DNA of 64,000 bases from an uncultured Heliomicrobium sp. Lineage in GTDB: Bacteria > Acidobacteriota > Blastocatellia > RBC074. The stretch spans positions 9,746 through 73,745 of the forward strand of contig CAZMXG010000016.1 in the NCBI GenBank assembly GCA_964570175.1, in the 5' to 3' direction. How positions within the stretch are numbered: the first letter of the stretch is position 1; every line of letters starts with the position of its first letter. Below, piece by piece: positions 21,148-30,027 of the stretch. A program made the position numbers and the translations under genes. The notes beneath the pieces are model-generated. The model made no database searches. It saw only the letters and a list, made by a program, of their open reading frames with translations, and was not told the origin of the DNA.

Positions 21148-21217
21148 CAGGATTCAGCAGGATTGCCGATCATCATCTTCGATTGCCTCTTCATCCTGAA
21201 AAATCCTGCCCATCCTG
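21148..21217. promoter_or_regulatory. Helically phased AATCCTG/CAGGATT heptad array upstream of the ClpB-like gene (candidate operator)
   Basis: CAGGATT occurs at 21148 and 21158. ATCCTG occurs at 21193, 21203 and 21212. The spacing is about 10 bp and the whole array forms an imperfect palindrome. Confidence 0.3.
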
Positions 21218-21225
21218 TCTAAATT

Positions 21226-24200
21226 TTGCTTTCTCGATTTAGCAGTTTGAATGTTTACAACTTCAGCCCGAACCAAATGATTACTTTTTTGATTTCACTT
21301 GTGACGCTGCTGGCAGGCATTGCACTTGGGTTTGTCGTTCGCCAGCGCTGGGAAAACCGAAAGGCCGATGGATCCAATTTGCCCGAACAGGCTGGCGAAT
21401 TAGGCCCGCTGTATAAACTCGCCGAATCGCTGCAAACCTATTTTGACCAAAGCGCCCATCCGAAAGATTTGCTGACGCATTCGGAATTCGAACGCGGCGT
21501 AAAAATGTTGCTGGCGGATAAATATTCAACCGGCGATTTATTGAATTACGTTGCCGGAACCAATGGCGTCATTAGCTGCATCGCTCTGGAAGCGTTGAAT
21601 CGTCGCGACAAAGTCGAACTGGACATCTACGATCCCATCATCAACCTGCTGTCCAATTTCGGGTACTGGCAGTTGTATTTTGCATTTCGCGCACTTGCCA
21701 AACATTCAGACCGTCCCCTTGCGGCCCCAGTGATGGCGAGGGTCAATTTGGGCTGGCGACCTCCGAACGGAACGCAGATTCTGCGCGAATTCATCGAATC
21801 GCGCGTTGCTGCCGGTGAAAAACCTGAATTTGGAACCGATCTGAATCTGCTGACAGAAGAAAGCCAATTGGAAAATCTGGAATCGGCACTGCGGGAAATG
21901 GGCGAACCGCTCACGGGCAGGCTGCTGGAACAGGCGCAGCAATCCAGACTATCACAGTTTCTAAAGGGCATCGGCAGTATTTGGAACCGTGAGGAAGAGC
22001 AAAACCGCGAATTGCTGGTTGAGCACGATTACCTGGTCGAGCTGGTCGGCGCGGTGGAAAACTCACTGAAAAAACAAATTCCACGATCAGTATTGCTGGT
22101 CGGCGAATCCGGCGTCGGCAAAACGGCTGTGGTTCGCGCGCTCGCCCGAAAATTGCAAACTGAAGGATGGGTCATTTTCGAAGCCAGCGCCAACGAATTG
22201 ATGGCCGGGCAAAGTTACATTGGCGAACTGGAAGGCCGCATTCAAACCATGCTGCGGCAATTGAGCAACCAGCGGAAAACCATCTGGTTTGTCCCGGCGT
22301 TTCAGGATTTGCTGTGGGCAGGCCAACATAAATATCAACAGGCAGGCATCCTGGACCAAATTTTTTCGCGCGTCGAAAGCGGCGAAATTATGTTGATCGG
22401 CGAAATCCAGCCTGCAGCATACGAACGTTTGCTGCAGGCCAAACCACGCGTCCGAACTGCACTGGAAACCATTCGAGTCAATGCGCTGAACGACGAAAAG
22501 ACGATGGCGTTGGCGCGGCAATGGGTTGAACATTACAGTCCAAACGATGCGGGCACGCTGATTTCGAAACAAACGCTGGCGGAAGCCTTCCAATTATCGA
22601 AACAGTTTCTGGGCGAAAAGGCTTCACCTGGAAATTTGCTGCAATTCCTGGTGTTGACCCGCCAACGTCTGGCGGCGCTTTCGCCTGAAGGCGATTTCAA
22701 AATCACGCTCGACGAATTGCTGGTGACCCTGTCTCAGTTGACCGGGTTACCGCTGAGCATCCTGGACGACCGGCACGGATTGGACTTGGACGCGTTGCGC
22801 GAATACTTCCAGTCGCGCGTGCTTGGCCAGCCCGAAGCGATTGACTGCCTGGTGGAACGCGTAGCGATGATCAAAGCGGGCGTCACCGACCCGAAACGTC
22901 CGCAAGGCGTTTTCCTGTTCGCCGGCCCGACCGGAACCGGTAAAACCGAAATCGCCAAAACGTTGGCGCAATTTCTGTTCGGTTCAGAAGAGCGAATGAT
23001 CCGCATTGACATGAGCGAACTGCAAACCGGCAGCGGACATGGTCGCATTATCGGCGAAATCGAAGAGATCGCTGGGCAAACCGCGCTGGTCAACCAGATT
23101 CGCCGCCAGCCGTTTTCGGTCATCTTGCTGGATGAGTTTGAAAAAGCCGACGCCAGCGTTTGGGACTTGTTTTTGCAGGTTTTCGACGACGGCCGCCTGA
23201 CCGATCGCCGGGGCTATACAGCGGATTTTCGCCATTCGATCATCATTCTGACTTCCAACCTGGGGGCAGCAATTCCGCACGGGATGAGCGTCGGATTCAA
23301 TTCGGATTCGGCGGGTTTCAGCCTGGCGATGGTCGAACGAACGATTGGGAAAACCTTCCGCCGCGAATTCGTCAACCGTCTGGATCGCGTGGTTGTGTTC
23401 CGTCCACTGAATCGCGGGGTGATGCGCGATTTGCTGAAGAAAGAATTGCGCGACGTCGTTCACCGCCGCGGCTTGAGAAACCGCGACTGGGCCGTCGAAT
23501 GGGACGAATCGGCAATTGAGTTTTTGTTGGACAAAGGCTTCACGCCCGACCTGGGTGCGCGACCGTTGAAGCGTGCCATTGAACGGTATCTGCTGTCTCC
23601 ATTGGCGATGAGCATCGTCAATCACCAGCTTCCCGACGGGGATCAGTTTCTGTTCGTTCGCAGCGACGGCAAAGAAATCCAGGTTGAGTTCATTGATCCG
23701 AATCCGCCAGAACAAACTTTGCCTGAAATTGCCGCTGGAACGGAAACTGAGTGCAATCTGGAAGAATTGGCGTTGGACGCCACCGGAACTCCAATCGAAG
23801 TCGAATTTCTAAAAGACGCTTTCGAACGACTGGTTGACGAAGTTGAATCCGAAGACTGGCAGGCAAAAAAGAATGCCGCGCTGATGCAAACGTCTGCCAA
23901 AGGATTCTGGAATTCGCCCTCGCGTTTTGGCGTGCTGGGATTGGTCGAATACATGGATCGCATCGAAGTCGGTTTGCGGTCCGGCGATTCCCTGCTGCGG
24001 CGCATTCTGGGTTCCGAACCGGAAAAACGAAAATTCTTTTCGGCGGATTTGATCAAACGATTAGCGCAGCAAATTTATCTCCTGGAAATTGCCTGCGACG
24101 ATCTGGCTGACAACCGCCCGCGCGATGCTTTCTTGCAAATTGAAAGTGGACGCGACCCGGGGCTTGAACCAACGGAAAACGACGAGTTTGCCCGTCGGCT

Positions 24201-24621
24201 GGTCAGTATGTACGAGCAATGGGCGGCCAAACGAAAAATGAAGCTGGAAGTTATTGAGCAAACACCAGGCAACGACCGCCAGCCGATGCGCTGGCTGGCT
24301 ACTGTGTCAGGCTATGGCGCATTTTCATTGCTGCTGCCCGAAGCCGGTTTCCACATCCTGGAAACGCCGCGCAAGGAAGGAAATTTTCACCGCTTCAAAG
24401 CCCGCGTCCGCGTCACCGCCACACCAGACGAGCCAACCGAAGCGCCGGACAAATTGGCAAAACTGGCGCGGGAATCGTTTGAGCGAATCGGCGACACCAA
24501 ACTGGTCATCGTTCGACGTTACCGGGAACAACCTTCGCCGTTGGTGCGCGATAGCATCCGCAACTGGCGAACCGGCAAGCTTGAGCGAGTGTTTGGCGGT
24601 GATTTTGATCTGATTCGGTAG
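21226..24621 (+). CDS. Membrane-anchored ClpA/ClpB-family double-AAA+ ATPase with C-terminal release-factor (PCRF)-like domain
   Basis: There is an N-terminal transmembrane helix ([20 protein letters not shown]). The D1 P-loop is [14 protein letters not shown] with a degenerate Walker B ([10 protein letters not shown]). D2 is ClpB-like ([23 protein letters not shown]...MIRIDMSE...[11 protein letters not shown]...GRLTD...IIILTSNLG). The C-terminal segment AFLQIESG...[20 protein letters not shown]...[22 protein letters not shown] aligns with the RF1 PCRF domain (AFLEVRAG...[20 protein letters not shown]...[23 protein letters not shown]). No GGQ motif is present. The start is either TTG 21226 or ATG 21277. 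Confidence 0.7.
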   Translation: [1131 protein letters not shown]

Positions 24622-24633
24622 CCCAAAAAGAAA

Positions 24634-24670
24634 TTGGCAGACAAGCGATTGAACTTCGCCTGTCTGCCAA
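24634..24670. terminator. Hairpin between convergent genes (candidate bidirectional terminator)
   Basis: The stem is ttggcagacaagcg / cgcctgtctgccaa (13 of 14 bp) with a 9-nt loop. Confidence 0.45.
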
Positions 24671-24691
24671 TTCGCTAACTTTTGCCGAAAA

Positions 24692-25210
24692 CTATTTTAC
24701 CTTCACATCAACCGAAGCTGATGTGTTTTCCCATTCCATCTTTAGCACTCCGCCCGTCAGCGAGATCGTGAATTGTTCGACGGTCGAAGCTGTTTTTCCG
24801 ACTTTCATATCCGTTCGCCCAAGATCATCCGCTTCTTTGTAGCTGAAAGCGCCCCATTGTTTATCGGTCTTGTTGACGATCAGCTTCCAACCGGCTTCCG
24901 TCGGCAAGGTGAACAGCGAATAGCTGCCTTTCGGAACTGACAAACTGCCAATCATCAAATCGGCTTCCGTGGTCAGAATCGTCGCTTCATCCGCGCCAGT
25001 GCGCCAAACCTGGCCGTAAGGAACCAAGCTGCCTCCGACGGCTTTGCGCCCTTTTAGATAAGGCCGACCGTAAGTGATGGTAATCTTTTTGCCGCCGATG
25101 GTTGCTTCCACGGTTTCGTGCGGGCTGACTCGTTGGCGCTGCCAAGCCACGGCTGCCACGATCAAGACACACAAAATTGCCAGAACTGCGAATGCACGTT
25201 TCAGGTTCAT
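24692..25210 (-). CDS. DUF2911 domain protein (secreted)
   Basis: A signal peptide is present, and the DUF2911-like core is GRPYLKGRKAVGGSLVPYGQVWRTGADEAT. Confidence 0.65.
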   Translation of the reverse strand: MNLKRAFAVLAILCVLIVAAVAWQRQRVSPHETVEATIGGKKITITYGRPYLKGRKAVGGSLVPYGQVWRTGADEATILTTEADLMIGSLSVPKGSYSLFTLPTEAGWKLIVNKTDKQWGAFSYKEADDLGRTDMKVGKTASTVEQFTISLTGGVLKMEWENTSASVDVKVK

Positions 25211-25249
25211 TTCAAATTCTCCTTCTGAGTTGTAGTTGAAAGTTTGTTG

Positions 25250-25831
25250 CTACGAAATTTGTATCACATCTGCAAGCGATTTTCGCCTGGCCACAATTTC
25301 CGCCATCGCTCGCCGATTGGCGGCGGGCTTGCCTTCAAAATCATGCAGCAACTCCCAACCGTAAAACTGCGCTCGCAGCTCTCCGGGCTGAAGCAGAAAC
25401 GCCGGATTCATCGGCTTCACTGCCGGATCATCATCCACCATTGCAATTACTGCTAACGCACAGCCGCCGAGTTTTACACCGGCGCTGATTGCCGGAAACA
25501 GGTTGCGCTGCAGGTAACAGCAATTGACGATCAAATCGTAATTATTGGGTTCGATGACGAATTCGCCGGTTTCCAGATCAGCGACGCGAGCATCAACCTG
25601 AATGCCAAGTTCTTTCGCCCGTTCAAGCAGGGTTTTGATGGCGACGTTGGAAGAATCAACGGCGGTGACTTGCCATCCGCGCTCAGCCAAATAAAGCGCA
25701 TGCCGACCAACACCACAGGCCACATCGAGCGCTCGGCCAGGCTTGAGCTTCGCGGCGAATTCCACGACCAGCGGATGCGGTTTGTCGTTCAGATGTTCAC
25801 CTTGTTTGTAGCGCTCGTCCCATTTCGTCAT
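25250..25831 (-). CDS. Class I SAM-dependent methyltransferase (TehB/TPMT-like)
   Basis: Motif I is ALDVACGVGRHALYLAERGWQVTAVD. The start is probably ATG 25831 with a GGGAGA Shine-Dalgarno. The ORF is open from 25867. Confidence 0.65.
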   Translation of the reverse strand: MTKWDERYKQGEHLNDKPHPLVVEFAAKLKPGRALDVACGVGRHALYLAERGWQVTAVDSSNVAIKTLLERAKELGIQVDARVADLETGEFVIEPNNYDLIVNCCYLQRNLFPAISAGVKLGGCALAVIAMVDDDPAVKPMNPAFLLQPGELRAQFYGWELLHDFEGKPAANRRAMAEIVARRKSLADVIQIS

Positions 25832-25975
25832 TCGCTTATTCTCCCAATCCCACACAACCGCAGCCATTTACAGCAATAGCGCCAGCGGCATCTTTTTCAA
25901 GCAGCAACTGGCGCTATTGAATTTTGATTGCGGATTATCATCGTGCGACCGGCGAGTTTCCGCAACTACAGACGT

Positions 25976-27322
25976 TTATGCTTCAGGTTCCGAACCTACA
26001 GGACAGCAGCGATATTCCTGCGATTTATCCAGCAACTCGATCTTCCGTTTCAGCAGTTCGTTCTCCAGACGTTTTCGTTCCAGATCAAGTTCGATCTCTT
26101 TCTGCAACGAAGGCTCGCAGATGTCGCAGTCGTCAAAACAGCCTTTGACGATGACGCCTGCCGTCGGCAAAGAGCTTTTTTGTTCGAAGGAGAAACTGGT
26201 TTTGGTCTCGTCGGTGACTTTGCCACCCACGCGATCAATCAGTTTGGCGGCGACCAGTCGCTCGTCAACCTGCTGCAAGGCTTTTTGCCGGACGGCTGCG
26301 GTCAAGGGCTCAGGAACAAAACCCGCCGCCGCAAGACCGGGCTGGAACGCCAGATTGGCCTGCAAATTCGTGTTTGCCGTCAACACTGTGTCGGCACGCT
26401 GATTCGCCAGGACACTGTTGCGTCCGATGGCTTCGACTTCCAGACGATCTTTGGCGGTCGCCAACACAGCGGTTGGAATCGCGCTGATGCCACCGCGCGA
26501 AGCAAACGAATTGTTGGTGACTTTGGTATCGGCTGCCGGATCAATCACTCTGCGTTCAATGGATTCGATGGTGAATTTCACCGTTTGCAGTTTGTTGATC
26601 TGATAGAAGAAAAACGTCACTGCGTGACAGCGATTCGGATTGGCGAATTCGCGCGAAGCGGATTCGAAATGATCCTGCGATTCGGTTTCGGTGTGCGTGC
26701 GGCTTTGGACTTCGCCGACCGAAACTGAGTTCGAAGCGCGAACCGCGATTTCCGAACGCCGATGTGATGATTGCGCATGCGAAGAAAGCTCGCGCAAAAA
26801 ATCGCTGCTGGATTCGGCGCTGTACGATCCGCTGACGTCAACCGACGGCCCCGCGAAAAAGCTTTCGATTGCGCCGCTGGTTTCGGCGTGTCCCTGTGCG
26901 GAGCCTTTTGATTTGTTGGAAGCCCGCACCGAATCGCGTGAAGAAACATCGGACATAAAATCGCTCATGCTGGCCATGTACGAGCGTTCTTCCGAAGTCT
27001 GTTCGTTGCGATAACTGACCTTCGACGCGCTATCAAACGAAAAGCGCGTGCGTCTGTCTGTGGTGAACAGCTTGACCTTTTCGCCCGGCAACAGGGTGGT
27101 CGTGTAAACCACATCACCGAGCATCAACGGCCCAGGACATCGTTCCAGGCGAGCGTGAATAATCACTTCGACCTGAACATTCTGCCTGCGGTCGCCCGCT
27201 GGGACGGTTGTGTTGTGAATCTGGCGATAATGAAAATCCAGAACATCGCATACCCGATCCGGTTCGAGCGGTGGGCAGCAAGGGATCATTTGTTGACTGT
27301 CATGTTTATCATTGTCATGCAT
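25976..27322 (-). CDS. Hypothetical protein, Ser-rich low-complexity centre and C-terminal coiled coil with CC..C cluster
   Basis: A 448-aa ORF with an AAAGGAG Shine-Dalgarno 9 nt upstream of the ATG. I recognise no family. The opposite-strand ORF is Arg/Phe-rich, which is typical of antisense junk. Confidence 0.5.
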   Translation of the reverse strand: MHDNDKHDSQQMIPCCPPLEPDRVCDVLDFHYRQIHNTTVPAGDRRQNVQVEVIIHARLERCPGPLMLGDVVYTTTLLPGEKVKLFTTDRRTRFSFDSASKVSYRNEQTSEERSYMASMSDFMSDVSSRDSVRASNKSKGSAQGHAETSGAIESFFAGPSVDVSGSYSAESSSDFLRELSSHAQSSHRRSEIAVRASNSVSVGEVQSRTHTETESQDHFESASREFANPNRCHAVTFFFYQINKLQTVKFTIESIERRVIDPAADTKVTNNSFASRGGISAIPTAVLATAKDRLEVEAIGRNSVLANQRADTVLTANTNLQANLAFQPGLAAAGFVPEPLTAAVRQKALQQVDERLVAAKLIDRVGGKVTDETKTSFSFEQKSSLPTAGVIVKGCFDDCDICEPSLQKEIELDLERKRLENELLKRKIELLDKSQEYRCCPVGSEPEA

Positions 27323-27441
27323 AGCTGAGTACTCCTTTCAATTCTGTGAATTGTTATGTTGACGTTTACGAATGAATAAATTGCCAGACGTGCGCAGGCA
27401 GGCGGTCCCCGCTGCGCACGTTCATGTTGTTAGGGAGACGA

Positions 27442-29589
27442 TCAGGACTGAGGCGCAAGCACGAATGCCCGAACGGCCGAATCGTCATACCCGCTCAATC
27501 GCTCCCAGCCGTTGGTGGCCATGGCCGCGACGTACAGGTTTTCTGAAAAACCCGCCACCGGACAATCCGGGCTGCGCAGATTGTTGACTGAATCAATGAT
27601 GGAAAACGGCGCGCCGGTGTTTGCATTGCCACTAGCGCTGGCAACGACAGGGCTAACGCCGCGCACGACTGCGAAGCTGTAGGTTGCAAATCCATTTGGA
27701 TGCGAAGCTGTGTACGACATTGTCACCGTGTCGCTGTCCAGGTAATTCAACACACCGCAATCGTCGGCGGCCACACTACCATTCAGCAGCGGCGCGGCGA
27801 TGCTAGCGTCGCAAACGTTGTTATCAATGTGCAGCGTCATGATGAAGCTGTTCAGCCCATCGCCGTCATCGTCCTGTACCAAACCCAGCGCGGCAGCATC
27901 TTCGGTAAAGATGGTTCCGGACAAATCGGTCGAAGTCGGCACCCGATATTTGATGCCTTTGGCCACGACGTTAACCAGCGCGCCAGCGCTGTCGAACAGA
28001 TCAACTTTGAGTTGATACTTGCCAGCTTCGTCTGGCGGCGCAAAGGTGTTGGTTGGGAATTTGGCGTTGGTCAGGTCTTCACGCAGGTCTGGGAAACTAT
28101 ATTGGCCAACCGGAGCCAGCGCCGGAGGAATCTCAAACAGATTAGCCGTAGCACCAGCGACCTGTGGCCCCAGTGGCAAGACTTCCAGAATCAGATCGCC
28201 ACCGACTTCGTGCGTGTAATGACGATGGCATTCATCCGTCAGCGGAGCGAAAGCTCCCGATGTGCCTTTTCGCCACGAAACCCGGTAAAACTTCACGTCC
28301 AGGTCGTCGCGCAGGCTGTTGTCGAATTCGATTCTGAGGCGCAGCAATCCACCGAACGGCGCTTCCCCATCGGTCAAACCGATATTTGTAGCGTTGGTCG
28401 TTCCCTGCAAAGTTTGGCCCGTGCCGCGAATCCGGCTGAGCGGGTGATTGCCGATGGCCATTACCAGCACCCAATTGTTCGGAGCAATAATCGGCGGACA
28501 TGGCGGACAGGTTCTGGCCAGCGCATGCCTGGTAATCAGCGTGACCTCCGTTCCGCAGACGTAATTCCAGTGCGTGTAACAAGCAACCGGTTTGGGTTCG
28601 TAAATTGTGACGTCGAAAAATCCGAACAACCGCTGCTTGGCTTTGAAGTACAAATCCGGCGTGTCGTGATTCAGACAACCTCGGAAAAAGAATGTCTGGA
28701 AATGTCCGCATTCATCTGTTGTCGCTGTTGCTACCAACTGCTTCGTGACCAGAGCCGGAAACAGCCGGCACAAAATGGGTCGAACCAATTCTGCGTGATT
28801 GATCAGCATATTGCGCAAAACCGGCGTGCTGGCGGTTCGCGCCTGAAACTGCAAATCTGTCGCCCCGGAAAGCGTAATCATTTGCGCAGAGGCCGCCGGT
28901 TCGGCTGTTGCTGCATGGGCTGTCAAACTGGCAGCGCGCGCGCTCGGCGACAATCTGAAATCAGGAGCGGGATCAGGTCCTGGAACTGGAATCGGGCCGT
29001 CAAATGGTGGGAATGGCCCCGGCAGTTCAATTGGCGGATCCGGCAGCGGCGGCGGGTTGAGGATAAAGTCGCGTATGCGTTCAATTTCCAGATCGGGAAG
29101 TTTGGGAATCAGAATGAACAGCGGATCAACTTCGTAAACTTCGACGGTGGCGTTGCAAACTGGCAGATCAAGTGGGATTCCGCCGCTGGTGACTCGTTTG
29201 AGCAACGTGCCGCGCACAAAGCACAAGCCCAGCAGCCAGCATTTCCAAACACCGGGAATGATCTGAAAATCCAACGATGGCGACAGGTTTTGCGCGTCAA
29301 TCCGTACGGATTTTTCCGCTGCGCCACGCCGCAACAAATCGTCCACGGTAAGCTCTTTCTCTTCGACATCGGGGCCGACCAGTATGCGCACGCGGCCTCC
29401 ACCGTCAGCGACGCGAAGGCTCAAAGTCGCCGCTCCTTTTTCATCCAGCGATTTCCGCGCCAGCAATCGCCCGCCTGCGGCAAAGGCATATGCTGTTCCG
29501 CGAGGAACTTTTTCGGCTCCTTTTGATTCAAGCAAATTGGCAAAGACATTCAATCGAACGTCGCGTCCTTTGGATTCCTTCTGTGGCAT
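27442..29589 (-). CDS. Hypothetical protein with Pro-rich linker (PPPLPDPPIELPGPFPPFDGPIPVPGPDP) and Cys-rich C-terminal region
   Basis: A 715-aa ORF with an AAGGAG Shine-Dalgarno 6 nt upstream. I recognise no family. There is no N-terminal signal peptide. Confidence 0.5.
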   Translation of the reverse strand: MPQKESKGRDVRLNVFANLLESKGAEKVPRGTAYAFAAGGRLLARKSLDEKGAATLSLRVADGGGRVRILVGPDVEEKELTVDDLLRRGAAEKSVRIDAQNLSPSLDFQIIPGVWKCWLLGLCFVRGTLLKRVTSGGIPLDLPVCNATVEVYEVDPLFILIPKLPDLEIERIRDFILNPPPLPDPPIELPGPFPPFDGPIPVPGPDPAPDFRLSPSARAASLTAHAATAEPAASAQMITLSGATDLQFQARTASTPVLRNMLINHAELVRPILCRLFPALVTKQLVATATTDECGHFQTFFFRGCLNHDTPDLYFKAKQRLFGFFDVTIYEPKPVACYTHWNYVCGTEVTLITRHALARTCPPCPPIIAPNNWVLVMAIGNHPLSRIRGTGQTLQGTTNATNIGLTDGEAPFGGLLRLRIEFDNSLRDDLDVKFYRVSWRKGTSGAFAPLTDECHRHYTHEVGGDLILEVLPLGPQVAGATANLFEIPPALAPVGQYSFPDLREDLTNAKFPTNTFAPPDEAGKYQLKVDLFDSAGALVNVVAKGIKYRVPTSTDLSGTIFTEDAAALGLVQDDDGDGLNSFIMTLHIDNNVCDASIAAPLLNGSVAADDCGVLNYLDSDTVTMSYTASHPNGFATYSFAVVRGVSPVVASASGNANTGAPFSIIDSVNNLRSPDCPVAGFSENLYVAAMATNGWERLSGYDDSAVRAFVLAPQS

Positions 29590-30027
29590 GTTTTCTCCTT
29601 CTGAAATTCAAGGTTGGCTCAATACTCGAGCGTTGAGTTACGGGATGCTGAGACTCAGCGGACCGCGGCAGACGGTCGTATACGGGTGGAATTAGGGGGA
29701 CGCTAAACGAACTTTAGCGAAGAGCATGCTCAGGGAGACGTGAGCCGGGTAAACGTAAATGCGCCCATTTGATCAGGCCAATTCGCAAACTGCTGCTATG
29801 GCAGATGGCCTGTGGCGCATTTGGATTTCAAGTTGAATCAAAGAGTTGTTGCCGTTGGCCGTCGGCAATCTTTTCTAACTTCTGTTCCCACGAAGGTTCT
29901 TGTTTGGCAATTAGCTGAGTTGTTTTCCTTGGAAAACGCGGCGGAGTATAGCCCACAAAAAATCCATTGCAAGACATTTTTGTGTTACCTGTCTCACAGC
30001 ACTCTAAACCCAAGATTGGCCGCCGCT

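Noticed and set aside
25928-26728. 266-aa plus-strand ORF
   Set aside because: It is antisense to the 448-aa minus-strand gene, which has a strong RBS. The composition is Arg/Phe-rich, typical of antisense frames.
27700-29526. 608-aa plus-strand ORF
   Set aside because: It is antisense to the 715-aa minus-strand gene, which has a canonical AAGGAG RBS. The plus-strand product is Arg-rich junk-like sequence.
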